NCBI RefSeq assembly: GCF_009914755.1
Contig: NC_060931.1
DNA length: 64,000 nt
Direction: 5' to 3' (one strand)
Source: the human T2T-CHM13v2.0 reference genome, Homo sapiens
Under the pieces are notes generated by a model. That model had not been told where the DNA came from and ran no database searches. It was given only the letters and a program-made list of their open reading frames with translations. Position numbers and translations under genes: made by a program. This document shows, one piece after another, positions 31,546 to 56,374 of the stretch; positions within the stretch are counted from its first letter, which is position 1, and each line of letters starts with the position of its first letter.

Positions 31546-32579
31546 TCATCAACTCGGATGCCCAGGCCTGAGCCAGCATCACACATCCCTGTCGCGTCCT
31601 CTGCTCTCTGCTGCCCTGAGCGCCCGTGTGCCCTTCAGCGTGAGCTGAATGATCTGCTCTGTGGCCTTCACATGCGGCGGGGTGAAAATCACATCATCAG
31701 ACCCTGGGCTGCTTGCTCAGTGACCGATGAGAGGCAGAAGCATTTATGCATCATCGTACGATTTCAGATGCGGGGAACTGGCGACTGTGTTAGCTCCCAT
31801 GCTGCGTCCCCGTCCAGGACACGGTGACTGTGGAAGGGCTGGGAACGGCAGAAAGCCATGATCAGCTCTAAGCACTCATTTCCCCAGCATGTTTTATTCA
31901 GAATTTGAGGAACGGGCTGAGGGAGAGACCACCAGTGAGATCAGAGCTGGCAGCCGCCATCCCAAGCTCTGCAGCCCAGGGGGACACAGGCCTGGGGAGC
32001 AGCTCTGAGGTCGTCTGCGATCTCCCACCTGGCCCGAGGCCATCTTCAGGCAGAGAGGTGAAGGTGAGGCAGCCGTGTGCTGCTTTTTCTCTCCTGCAAG
32101 ATGCAGCTGACATTTCCTACTTGCACAACTCAGTTCTCTTCCATGAGGCCACCGAGCGCTCCCATGGTGCCCATGGCTCAGGCTGCCATGGCTTTGCAGA
32201 TGCAGGCAGGGCAATGCCAGCCAGGTGAGCACACAGTGCTCCTGGCAGCCCTCTCGGGAGCTCTCGGGAGCCCTGGCCACTGCACTCTGGAGAGGAGAAC
32301 TAGGGTTCTCTTTCACACCTGCACAGCAAGGGCTTCCCCACCTGTCAGTCATGCAGCTGAAGGCTCTGGTGGGCCAAGGCTGCCGGGTGCCAGTCTCCCT
32401 GCCTGCACCAAGGCTGGGCTCAAGCCACAGCTCTGTCCCAGATGCCAAAAGGCTGGAGTTTCCCCGCAGCCCTGCACCTGCCCCGGTCTACAGTGGGGTC
32501 CATCCCTGAGCCAGGACCACAGGGTCCAGGAGATGGGCTCGCTCCCTCCGCCCCCGGTGGGCAGCACGCCTGGCTTTAC

Positions 32580-32697
32580 CTCCCAGCATTCTCTTGGGTG
32601 GCAGGGCAGGCACCATACGGTAGGGGAACTTGTGCAGGAGCATCTCCTGGAAGACCACGAAGTCATTGTACCGTCTGTATACCGAGGACTTGAAGCG
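32580..32697 (-). CDS. SNX8: SNX8 exon 3 (RFKSSVYRRYNDFVVFQEMLLHKFPYRMVPALPPKRMLG), PX core
   Basis: Acceptor ttgcag|CGC; donor G|gtaaag; 118 nt; PX motifs RRYNDF and PALPPK. Confidence 0.97.
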
Positions 32698-32958
32698 CTG
32701 CAAGAGAAGGGTCGGTGCTTAGATCCGACGTTGGAAACTATGCTGTCGCGTCACTTCCCCTCAACAGAGCCCGGGAAAACGACAGCACCAAGTGCATCTT
32801 CTCTCACCAGGCCTTTACTAAATGGAGAAACCCTGTGACGCCTTCGTATATGGAAATACAACTTTTAAACTTTGTATAGCTCTTAGGCCGGGTGCGGTGG
32901 CTCCCGCCTGTAATCTCAGCATTCTGGGAGGTTGAGGCGGGTGAATCACCTGAGGTCA

Positions 32959-33252
<294 letters not shown>

Positions 33253-34111
33253 TCAGGAGATCGAGACCATCCTGGCCAACACGGTGAAACCTCGTCTCTA
33301 CTAAAAACACAAAAAATTAGCCGGGCGTGGTGGTGGGCACCTGTAGTCCCAGCTACTCAGGAAGCTGAGGCAGGAGAATGGCGTGAACCCGGGAGGCAGA
33401 GCTTGCGGTGAGCTGAGATCACGCCACTGCACTCCAGCCTGGGCGGCAGAGCGAGACTCCATTTCAAAAAAAAAAAAAAAACTAAACAAATGGTATGAAG
33501 CATAGTGGCTTCCCACCTGGTCAGTGACTGGCCCGTTACACACACATCAGGGTGACCAAACTGCCCCCTTGACAAATGTTCCCTATGTGGCAATGAATTT
33601 ACTTAAGGGACGGGCAGCTTAGTAAGACTGGACAAAAGGCCAGCCGCTGGCTCCCTGGCAGGCAACGGCACGTCTCACACGCTCAGAGTTGCCTCACCCC
33701 CAGGCTGCCAGGCCCCAGAAGGAAGGGGTGGCTCGCTCTGCTCCCCCGTGGCATCCCACCAGCTGGTCCACATCCCCGACTGCGGCCCAGAGGGCCGGGA
33801 ACCACGGCAAAGCCAGACAGCAAGGCGGCTCTGACACGGTCCTCCAAGGGAGTCCTCCCCTCTGACCCGCTTTGTCCTTTGGTAGCAGTACTGACAACCA
33901 TTCGGACCGTGTGGCCACAGGCTCTGGAACACAGTGAAGCACAGCAGAGCAGACGGCAGGGAGGGGAGACCGGCTCGCTTGTCCTTAAGGCCAGGTGCAG
34001 TGGCTCATGCCTGTGAGCCTAGCACTTTGGCGGGCCAAAGTGAGAGGACTGCTTGAGCCCAGGAGTTCGAGACCAGCTGAGACAACATAGCAAGTCTCCA
34101 TTTGTACTTTA

Positions 34112-34622
<511 letters not shown>

Positions 34623-35080
34623 TCAATGCCCAGGATGAACAATGAAAACTCCCATCAGAATCTGTCGTAATGGAACTGAGACAACGAAGCAAGGGACAGA
34701 GAGAGCCACGGTGTTGCTCCAGACGGGCATCAGGCACTCGGTGTCTGTGTCTCACCTGCCCAATATCGGGATGCCCAGCAACAGGAGGGCCGTGTTATTA
34801 AAGGGGATTAGAGTGACACATATTGATCCTGCCATGCAAATTTCATTCACTGTTTGGGGTCCGGAGTCGATGGGGCTGACATTCTAATCCTCGGGGGTTT
34901 CCCACTATTACAAAGCGAGGCTGGTGTGGATCCCGCTTTGTGCTCTGTGGACCGTCCGCGGGAGATTCCTAAGAAACAGGCCTCCAGGCCGGGCGCGGTG
35001 GCTCACGCCAGTAATCCCAGCACTTTGGGAGGCCGAGGCGGGTGGATCATAAGGTCAGGAGATCAAGACCACCCTGGCTA

Positions 35081-35917
<837 letters not shown>

Positions 35918-36052
35918 CTAGGTAATATGGTGAGACCCCATCTGTACAAAAAATAAAATAAATTGAAAAGTGCAGCCTCCCTCTGCTGTGTGCTAGCTCA
36001 GCACATGGACTCTGGCCACGTCATGCAACAGGTCCCATCGTCAGCCAGCCAC

Positions 36053-36932
36053 ACTCACTCACTCACACTACGGAGTCGACGCCGGACTCACTCACACTAC
36101 GGAGTCGAAGCCAGACTCACACTACGGAGTCGACGCCGGACTCACTCACACTACGGAGTCGACGCCGGACTCACTCACACTACGGAGTCGAAGCCGGACT
36201 CACTCACACTACGGAGTCGAAGCCGGACTCACTCACACTACGGAGTCGACGCCGGACTCACTCACACTACGGAGTCGACGCCGGACTCACACTACGGAGT
36301 TGACGCCGGACTCACTCACACTACGGAGTCGACGCCGGACTCACTCACACTACGGAGTCGAAGCCGGACTCACTCACACTACGGAGTCGACGCCGGACTC
36401 ACTCACACTACGGAGTCGACGCCGGACTCACTCACACTACGGAGTCGACGCCGGACTCACACTACGGAGTCGACGCCGGACTCACTCACACTACGGAGTC
36501 GAAGCCGGACTCACTCACACTACGGAGTCGACGCCGGACTCACTCACACTACGGAGTCGAAGCCGGACTCACTCACACTACGGAGTCGACGCCGGACTCA
36601 CTCACACTACGGAGTCGACGCCGGACTCACTCACACTACGGAGTCGACGCCGGACTCACTCACACTACGGAGTCGACGCCGGACTCACTCACACTACGGA
36701 GTCGACGCCGGACTCACTCACACTACGGAGTCGACGCCGGACTCACTCACACTACGGAGTCGAAGCCGGACTCACTCACACTACGGAGTCGAAGCCGGAC
36801 TCACTCACACTACGGAGTCGACGCTGGACTCACTCACACTACGGAGTCGACGCTGGACTCACTCACACTACACCCACTCATGCTACGGAGTCAACGCTGG
36901 ACCCACTCACTCATGCTACAGAGTCGACGCTG
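36053..36932. repeat. 29-bp CpG-rich minisatellite (actcactcacactacggagtcgacgccgg)n, ~28 near-perfect plus 2 degenerate units
   Basis: Direct head-to-tail units with GAAG/GACG and 25-bp variants; no spacers. Confidence 0.97.
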
Positions 36933-38189
36933 CGGGCACGTCCTTTTGTTCAAAAAAATCATGGTGGTCAGGCACCATGGCTCACGCCTATAATCCTGGG
37001 ACTTGGGGAGACCGAGGCAAGAGGATCGCTTGAGCTCAGGAGTTCAAGACCACCCTGGGCAAGATGGCAAAACCCCATCGCTACAAAAAATACAAAATTA
37101 GCCATGCGTGGTGGCTCACTGGCTAATTTTGCAGTCCCAGCTACTCGGGAGGTGAGAGGATCACCTGAGTCCGGGAAGGCGGAGGCTGCAGTGAGCCATG
37201 ATTGCACCACTGCATTCTAGCCTAGGCAACAGAGTGAGACCCTGTCTCAAAAAAAAAGAAAAAAAAAAAAAAAAACTCTTCCCTGGAAGGCTTCCACCTG
37301 CTCACGAATCAGCAAGTACACCCACATTTCTGTGACTACATCAAATCAGTCTTAACCTTGGGGAAGGAAAACAAAGTGAAATATGTACAAGTTTTGTGTG
37401 AAAAAGAATCTTCCTTTTCTCTAGAGCCAAGAGAACAGGCTCAAACCAAATAAACTAGCCATACGATCTTCTAAATGCCCCAGTGTGTTCACAGTGAACA
37501 CATTACTTTCATATGCCAAAAAGTCATCTGGACAGACAGGAGGGAGGGGAGAGAAGAAGGGAGGAAAGAAAGAGAAAAAACTCCAGGCCTGCTTATAGCT
37601 AGGACTCCCAACCACATGCACGGAAGAATTAAGCCAGAAAACTCCAGCTGCCTTACAGACAAGAAGTCACCGTGCACCCTGCACAAAGCAGCAAAAGCAA
37701 ATCAGAGATCCTACGCCCAGCTTGCAAAGAAAAAACCAAAACAAGGAATAATGTTTAAAAAGTCAGTTTGGTTTTTAATACAAAGTGAGTTCTAAATAGA
37801 AAAAAAAGTGTTTCTCATTTTTTTTGTTTTTTACATGTTAGCGCACACCTGTAATCCCAGCTACTCAGGAGGTTGAGGCAGGAAAATTATCACTTAAACT
37901 CAGGAAGCGGAGGTTGTGGTGAGCCCAGATCACGCCACTGCACTCCAGCCTGGGCAACAGAGACTCTGTCTCAAAAAAAAAAAAAAGTTTAAAATAAGTG
38001 TTCTCTATTAAGCATGTATTAATTTTTATGATTTTCCTGATTATTAAGATAAGATAATCTTCCAAGAAAGAATGTAAACTCAGTAATGATTACCAAGTGG
38101 TCACATGTTGGTGAAGAATTTGAACTTTGATTGCATGAGAATCTGAAAGAGCTCAAAAAACACATTTTAAATCAAAGACACTTCTTTAA

Positions 38190-38618
<429 letters not shown>

Positions 38619-40173
38619 TAAGAAAAAGAAAGAAAAAGACCAGGTACTATGGCTAGCACCTACAATCCCAGCACTTTGGGAGGCTGAGGCAAGAGGATCA
38701 CTTGAGCCCAGGAGTTAAAGACCAGCCTGGGCAACATAATAAGATGCCATCTCTACAAAAAATAAAATTACGGGCATGTTGGCGCAACCTGTAGTCCCAG
38801 CTACTCAGGAGGCTGAGGCAGGAGGATTGCTTGAGCCCAAGAGTTCACGGCTGCGGTATGCCAAGATTGGGCCACTGCACTCCAGCCTGGGTGACAGAGT
38901 AAGACCCTGTCTATAAAAACAAAAAGGAAAAAAAAAAAAACATCATTTCAAATGGGTACACTGCCAGGTGACGGACCACACACTGCAGAACGGGCAGAAA
39001 CACCAGGAGGAGGAGCCCGGCTTTCTGCAGGAATAAACGTTATGCTCACTAATGGAACTTCAATACTCTATCAAACTGACACCCCTTGAAGCAGTGCACA
39101 CAGCCCATAAGACACAGAGCCTGGACAATACACCCTAAACTAACCCAGTCCCACAGAGAGAAAACAGATGAGATGAGGGAGGCCAGCTTGGCCCCCAGCT
39201 GGAAAGGCTGTGGACGCAGGATGGGATCTGGCTCAGAGAGATCCTGGCTGAAATCCAGCCTCCATCATTTCCTAGCTTTGTGGCCTAGCACGCAGCCGCC
39301 TCTGAGCTTACTGTTCAAATCCGTGCGGTGGGTGTAAGGATGCCCTCACCCCTGGGCCTGGCCATCGCCATCTATGCCCTGATACTACAGCAACCCCCCA
39401 CAGGCCCCTCGAACGACAGCCCCTCCCCACTCCAACCCTTCTGGCACCAAACTGCTTCACTGTGGGCTTCAGACCCAACCCGGAACCTGGACTTGGAAGT
39501 GTCTTGCCCCTGAAATGCCGCTCACTATCTGTGAGACCCTGGGAGGGAAGCAGCCCCTCAGATCCCAGGCCAAGGGCCTCAGAATTCAGTGAGGTGGGAG
39601 AGCTGAAAATAACTAGCAAATAGAAAACATTCAATAAGTGTCCCTGACTTCCTTCCAGATTTACCACGCTCCAATCCGAAAAGATTCTGCAGATCTACCC
39701 ACTAAAACTCAGAATGCATTCCCCTCTCAGCAAGTTTTCGGTGGCGGTCAGCTCCCAGACTGGCTCACAAATTGGTGCCTTCCACACAATGTGTGGGAGT
39801 CACACTTGGATGCTGCACTTGCAAAGATAAACTGTGAGAGGGGGCTGGGCAGCTGTCACAGAAACCAGGCATGCGGTGAGGGGCAAAGTCAGGCCCAAGT
39901 CAGCCGCCGGCCCACTGTGACCCCTCTTTGCAACAAAAAAAGGGGAAACAACCCACAAGCAACATTCAAGATCCTTTCAGCCTCACAAGTCTGTGAATCT
40001 CCAAGCGAGTTATCCACAAATCAGAAGGTAACGAAACTTCAAACACACACACCCATCTCCCGCCCAGTGTCTTTCACCAGGAACTTCAGACAGTAACAAC
40101 ACAGAGCAGGTGAGCACTACATTCTTTTCACAGCTGACATCTCGGGCCTCCCACCCCAGAGACCGCAGCTTTA

Positions 40174-40350
<177 letters not shown>

Positions 40351-40428
40351 TCACGCCTGTAATCCCAGCACTTTGGCAGGCCGAGGCGGGTGGATCACGA
40401 GGTCAGGAGATCGAGACCATCCTGGCTA

Positions 40429-40711
<283 letters not shown>

Positions 40712-41032
40712 TCAGCAGAAGTCACAGGCCCTGCCAGCCTCGGCGCAGGTGGCACGGGACAGACACTGGAGGGTCCCAAGCAGCACAGCTGCAGCTGTTG
40801 CCCGGAGGCCAAGCCCGCCCCGGACTGGCCCGCACACTACTTCCTGCTGACCCAGCGTGGGGCTACACTGAGCACTCACACACACCCCCAGCTCCAGGTC
40901 CGCGCCGCCCAGGCACTCCCTGGGGTTCCCCGTGCCGATGGAGAGGCCTTCAGGGCCGGTGCTTTCAGAGCCAGGACAGGGCAGGGGCCTTCCCAAGGAG
41001 ACCACGAGTGTGGTTCCTACTGTCCCGTTTAG

Positions 41033-45400
<4,368 letters not shown>

Positions 45401-45409
45401 AAAAGAACT

Positions 45410-45920
45410 ATGCTTCATGGTGTTCTGGGAAAAACCCTTCAACTTGGCTATACTCTTCAGTGTGGCTGTGTGGCTGACTGTGCTTTTGAACACACTGGTG
45501 GTGTTGTCATGTGTTCTGGACCATCCACGGAGCCTACAGTTCAATATTCAGGTACTGGCTGGGCAGAGTGGCTCACGCCCGTAATCCCAACACTGTGGGA
45601 GGCTGAGGCGGGTGGATTACCTGAGGTCAGGAGTTCGAGACCAGCCTGGCCACCATGGTGAAACCCCCATCTCTACTAATAATACAAAAATTGGCCAGGC
45701 AGGGTGGTGTGTGCCTGTAATCCCACCTACTCGGGAGGCTGAGGAAGGAGAATCACTTGAGCCTGAGAGGCGGAGGTGGAGGTTGCTGTGAGCCGAGATC
45801 GCACCACTGCACTCCAGCCTAGGCGACAGAGCAAGACTGTCTTAAAAAAAAAAAAAAAAAAAAAAATTCAGATACTGTCTTTGTAGAAAATCTTAGTGAA
45901 TATTTTTATGGCATCCAGAG
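45410..45920 (+). pseudogene. IMMP1LP3: Processed pseudogene fragment of IMMP1L (likely IMMP1LP3), codons ~1-65, split by an AluS (45557-45862)
   Basis: Translates [47 protein letters not shown] // SDTVFVENLSEYFYGIQR, versus IMMP1[66 protein letters not shown] (recalled). Alu TSD aatattcaggtact / aaaattcagatact. The P3 number is from recall. Confidence 0.85.
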
Positions 45921-47582
45921 ATAAATTTCTGTCATGGATATATTAAATTTACAGTGAAAATACACACACACACATTACAGACACACGTCATTCCCCTCCT
46001 CTCCCTTTCCCTACTCAAAGTGAGTGCTTTCTAGAGCTGATGGGTACCGTTTCCAGGCAGGTGTTTCTCGACTGCGCAGCCCAGTGAGTTTTCTACATGA
46101 GTGCCCCAGGGCCATCGCACCCAGAGAAGCAACAGCAGAATTAGCATCGATGCCCACTCAGAACCTGTCACCACCCCAAGAGTAACCACTGACTTCTCAA
46201 GCTCAGGGGTTTTTTGGGGGTTTGCCTGTTTTGGGGTTTTTGTTTTTGAGACAGGGTCTCACTCTGTCGCCCAGGCTGGAGTGCAGTGATGCAGTCACAG
46301 CTCACTGTAGCCTTGACGTCCCCGGCTCAAGCAATCCTCCCATCTCAGCCTCCTGAGTGTAGCTGGGACCACAGGCACATGCCACCACACCCAGCTAATT
46401 TTCGTTATTTTTTGTAGAGATGAGGTTTCCCCATGTTGCTCAGGCTGGTCTCCAACTCCGAGTCTCAAGCAATCCTCCTTCCTCAGCCTCCAAAAGTGCT
46501 GGGATTACAGGTGTGAGCCTCTGCACCTGGCTTGTTTTTATATTATGTAACCACGGTCGAAAGTCAGTTCCTTTGTTCCTGACGTCTTTCCCTCAGCATC
46601 AGGCTGCGAGACCTGTTGTGCACGTGGCTGTGGGGCGATGGCTGCCCCTGTGGTGGGCGCCGCTGCGTGACTATGTGTCCTCGTCGCCTCCTCCTCCCTC
46701 TGCTGCGGGGCATCTGGGAGGGTTCCAGCACCTCCCTGTTCCACACGGTGCTGTTACGAACATTCCAGCACGTGGCTCTTGGTGGACATATGTGTGCCTT
46801 TCTGTTGGCTCCATAACATATCTACAAGTGAAATTGCTGGATCACGGGATCTGCATATGTTCAGCTTGGTAAATATTTCAGTTTTCCAAAGTGACTGAGC
46901 CAATTCACACTCCCACCAGCAAGAGCTCCAGCTGCCTCGCACACGAGCCAACATTCAGCATTTTCCGTCCGTCTTCCCTCATTCCAGGAGGACTGTGCCT
47001 CTTTTAACACAGTTGCGATCCATTAGTTCACTGTTCCATCTAGATGCTTTTCCCTTTACGTTATAACCACCGTTCCATATTCCCAATCCTCAGAGAGGAA
47101 GCAAAAATTCTGTTTTTCTCTTTTTTTTAATGCGGTGAGGATACATTCACTAGATTGCCAAGGCAATACTGCAGTCACTCTCTGAACATAGTTTCGGAAG
47201 AAAAGTCTCATTTGATGCTTTTCTGTTAGTAAAACGTAGTACTGTTCACGTGGGTATAACAAAGCCATTCGGGCCAGGCACCGTGGCACGCACCTATAGT
47301 CCCAGCTATTCGGGAGGGTGAGGCGGAGGCTACAGTGAGCCATGATCGAGCCACTACGCTCCTGCCTGGGCAACAGAGCAAGACTCCATTTCAAAAAATA
47401 AAAATAAGGCCAGCGTGATAGCACACACCTGTAATGCCAACACTTTGGGAGGCTGAGGCGGGTGGATCACCTGAGGTCAGGAGTTCAGTACCAGCCTGGC
47501 CAACATGGTGAAACCCTACCTCTACTAAAAATACAAAAATTAGCCGGGCGTGGTGGTGCGCACCTGTAATCCCAGCTACTCA

Positions 47583-47687
<105 letters not shown>

Positions 47688-48653
47688 CTAAATAAATGAA
47701 AAAATAAATAAATAAAGCCAGTGCAATGGCTCGTACCTGTAATCCCAGCACTTTTGGAGGCCAAGATGGGCGGATCACTGGAGGCCTGGAGTTCGAGACC
47801 AGCCAGGACAACACAGTCAGACTCGGTCTCTACTAAAAATACAAATAAAATTAGCCAGGCACGGTGATGCATGCCTGTAATTCCAGATACTCCAGAGGCT
47901 GAGGCACGAGAATCTCTTGAACCCAGGAGGTAGAAGTTGCAGTGAGCCGAGATCACACCACTGCACTCTAGCCTCAGTGACAGAATGAGACTCTGTCTCA
48001 AAAAATAAAGAAAAGAAAAGAAAAATAACAGTGCCCAGCACATAATAGATGCTAAATAAACATCTGCTGAATGAATGAAAATAATTTAATTCACGTGAGC
48101 AAGAAAGCCATATAACTTAATTTGGGGCCAGGAGGGTGGCCGAGGCAGGGCAACAGCCGCATGCCCTCCCAGCACCTGTGAGGTCTCATGGTGATGGGGA
48201 CCGCGCCTCAGTCAGCCACAGCACCAAGCAAAAGCTGCTGACACAAAGAGAACGTAGTCAACAGACCCTGCCACACTGAGTCCCGAGAGTGACCTCCGCA
48301 CAAAGCAGAGAATCTTCCCTCCTCCACCACGGCCTCTCTGCCAATTCTCAGCTACAACCTTTTCCCCCAGGAGAACAGGAGGAGGAACCCAGGTGAGGAA
48401 ACACTGCCGCATCGTCAGAACAACCAACCTACAGTCAGAGAAGAAGGTTGCTGTCTTCCTGCAATGGTCTCAGTGTTTCTACCTTGAAGCAAAGTATAAA
48501 CAGTCTTGTAGCGGGGCACTGGCTCACGCCTGCAATCCCAGAACTTTGGGAGGCTGAGGCTGGAGAGGATCACTTGAGCCCAGGAGTTTGAGACCAACCT
48601 GGGCAACACAGCAAGACCCTATTTCTACCAAAAAAAAGAAAAAAAACCAGTCA

Positions 48654-48791
<138 letters not shown>

Positions 48792-49598
48792 TTAAAAAAA
48801 AAAAGAAACTAGGCCGGATGTGGTGGACTACACCTGTAATCCCAGCACTTTGGGAGGCCAAGGCGGGCAGATCACCTGAGCTCAGGAGTTCGAGACCAGC
48901 ATGGCCAACATGGCGAAACCCTGTCTCTACTAAAAATACAAAAATTAGCTGGCTGTGGTGGCACATGCCTGTAATCTCAGCTACTTGGAAGGCTGAGGCA
49001 CGAGAATCACTTGAACCCAGGAGGCAGAGGCTGCAGGGAGCCGAGATCATGGCACTGCACTCTAGCCTGGGTTATAGAGCGAGACTCGGTCTCAAAAAGA
49101 AAAAAGAAAAAAAAAAAAAGGAAACCAGTCTCGGAAGACCCAACCCCCTGGTCCTGATTACTGAGAATTTCTGAAATCAGTTCTCTCCAGGCTCCAAGCT
49201 CAGTTCAAACCCCACTTCAACAATGAAGTACTTCCCACCCCGGTTAAGGGTCTATCAGTCCTTCCTTCCTTCACACTCCTACAACTGGCTTCACTCTCCT
49301 TTTTGAACCTTCCTCAACCTGTCTCATTCACAGGCTTCTCCCAAACTAAAACAAACACTCCCTTAGAGAGCTGTGGCTTCCCACTGCTGCCTATCATGGG
49401 AGGAGCACACCACAGGTGCACCCAGAACACGTCTAATGACGGACAACTGGGTACCCACCTTCAAAAGCATGAGGCATGGCTGGGCGCACTGGCTCATGCC
49501 TGTAATCCCAACACTCTGGGAGGCCGAGGTGGATGGATCACCTGAGGTCAGGAGTTCGACACCAGCCTGACCAACATGGTGAAACCCTGTCTCTACTA

Positions 49599-51910
<2,312 letters not shown>

Positions 51911-52680
51911 TGGTGTCTGGAAGTCTACCGGACACTTCATAGACCATCTCTTTGTTCCTAAAAACACTGTAAGTAGGTACATTTGTGATCTCATTTTACA
52001 GATGCAGAAATTGGAGGCCCAGCGGGTGATGACCTGCCCAAGGTCACAGAGCCAGCAAGGTGGCTGGGGGGACAGAACATGTACCAGGCTACTCAGTGAC
52101 ACCAGAGCCTAGGCTCCCTCCCTGGTGGCCTCATTCAACACCCAAAAACATGTGAGCAGGAGCAGGAGCTGGAGCCGCAGGTCTGTCTGTGACCATCAGC
52201 AAGCAGTTCACCCCTCTGCACTCCGAGGTCCCTGCTCTAAAATGAGGCCAAGGCCAGCAGCGGCTCACACCTGTAATCCCAGCACTTTGTGAGGCCAAAC
52301 AGGGAGGATCACTTGAGCCAGGAGCTGGAGACCAGCCCGGGGAACATGGCAATACCCCATCTCTACAAAAAAATAAAAAGTCAGGCATGGTGGTGCACAC
52401 CTGTGGTCCCAGCTACTTGGGAAGCTGAGGTAGGAGGATCACTTGAGCCCCAGGAGTTCAAGGCTACAGTGAGCTATGATTGTGCCACTGCATTCCAACC
52501 TGGGTAACAGAATAAGACCCTGTCTCCTAAAATATAAAAATAAATAAAATAAAATAATAAAAGACAAGACCATCCACCTCACTGTTTGGTTGCAAGAATT
52601 CAAAACAGAAAATGTAGGCCAAGCGCGGTGGCTCACACCTGTTATCCCAGCAACTTTGGGAGGCCAAGGCGGGCAGATCA

Positions 52681-52896
<216 letters not shown>

Positions 52897-53114
52897 TCAA
52901 AAAAAAAAAAAAAAAAGAGGCCAGGCACGGAGGCACACACCTGTAATCTCAGCACTTTGGGAGGCCAAGGCAGGTGGATCACCTGAGAACAGGAGTGCAA
53001 GACTAGCCTGGCCAACATGGTGAAACCCTGTCTCTACTAAAAATACAAAAATCAGCCAGGCATGGTGGCAGGCGCCTGTAATCCCAGCAAAAAAAAAAAA
53101 AAAAAAAAAAAAAA

Positions 53115-54085
53115 GGAAATGTGTTTCTGTTGCTTTTGGGGCCTTGGGCATAAATTCTTTGCCTTGGCCTATGTCCGGAAGAGTTCTCCCAATGTTATCT
53201 TCTAGAGTTGTTATAGTTTCAGGTCTTAGATTTAAGTCTTGAGTTGATTTTTGCATATGGTGAGAGCGAGCGACCCAGTTTCATTCTTTTGCATGTGGCT
53301 ATCCAATTTTCCTAGCGCCACTTATTAACCAGGGCGTCCTTTCCCCAGTGATATGTTTTTGTATGTTTTGTCAAAGATCAGCTGCTTGTAAAAATGTAGC
53401 TTTATTTCTGGGTTCCTATTCTGTTCCATGGGTCTGTGTGCACGTTTATACCAGGATCATGCTATTTTGGTTACTACAGCCTTAGAGATTAACTTGAATC
53501 AGGTAATGCGATCCCTCCAAATTCATTCCTTTTGCTTAGGATTGCTTTGCCTTTTCGGGCTCATTGTTTCCATGTGAATTTTTGGATCTTTTTCTAATTC
53601 TGTGAAAAATGACGTTGGTATCTTGGTAGGAATCACACTGACTCTGTAGATTGCTTTTGGCAGTGTGGTCATTTTCACAATATTGATTCTCCCAATCCCT
53701 GAGCACGGGATGTTTTTCCATTTGTTTGTGTCATCTATGATTTATTTCATCAGTGTTTTATTGTTCTCCTTGTAGAGATCTTTCACATCCTTGGGTAACT
53801 ATATTCCTAGGGTGTTTGGTTGTTGTTATTGTAGCTATTGTAAATGGGAATGAGTTCTTGATTTGATTCTCAGCTTGGTCGCTGCTGGCAGATAGCATGC
53901 TACTGATTTGTGTATACTGATTTTGTAACCTGAAACTTCACTGAATTCTTTTCTCAAATCTAGGAGTCTTCTAGAGGAGTCTTGAGGGTGTTCTAGGTAT
54001 AATATCATATCATCAGCAAACAGAGATAGTTTGACTTCCTCTCTTCCAATCCAGATGCACTTTATTTCTCTTGCCTGATTGCTAT
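53115..54085 (-). mobile_element. L1 (L1MA/L1PB-like) ORF2 segment, inverted
   Basis: Minus-strand ORF2 remnants ([36 protein letters not shown]). Confidence 0.85.
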
Positions 54086-54236
54086 ATAAATGGGGCTATT
54101 TAATACCTTATTTAATGTGATGTAACATTAAGATATTTTGAAACAGCCGGGTGTGGTGGCTCACACCTGTAATCCCAGCACTTTGGGAGGCCGAGGCGGG
54201 TGGATCACCTGAGGTCAGGAGTTCGAGACCAGCCTA

Positions 54237-56374
<2,138 letters not shown>

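Noticed and set aside
36053-36932. CRISPR-like appearance (29-bp palindromic repeats)
   Set aside because: Units are head-to-tail with no unique spacers, there are no cas genes, and the context is a human intron. It is a minisatellite.
35963-37220. 356-aa and 306-aa repetitive ORFs
   Set aside because: By-products of a stop-free tandem repeat running into an Alu; no exon structure.
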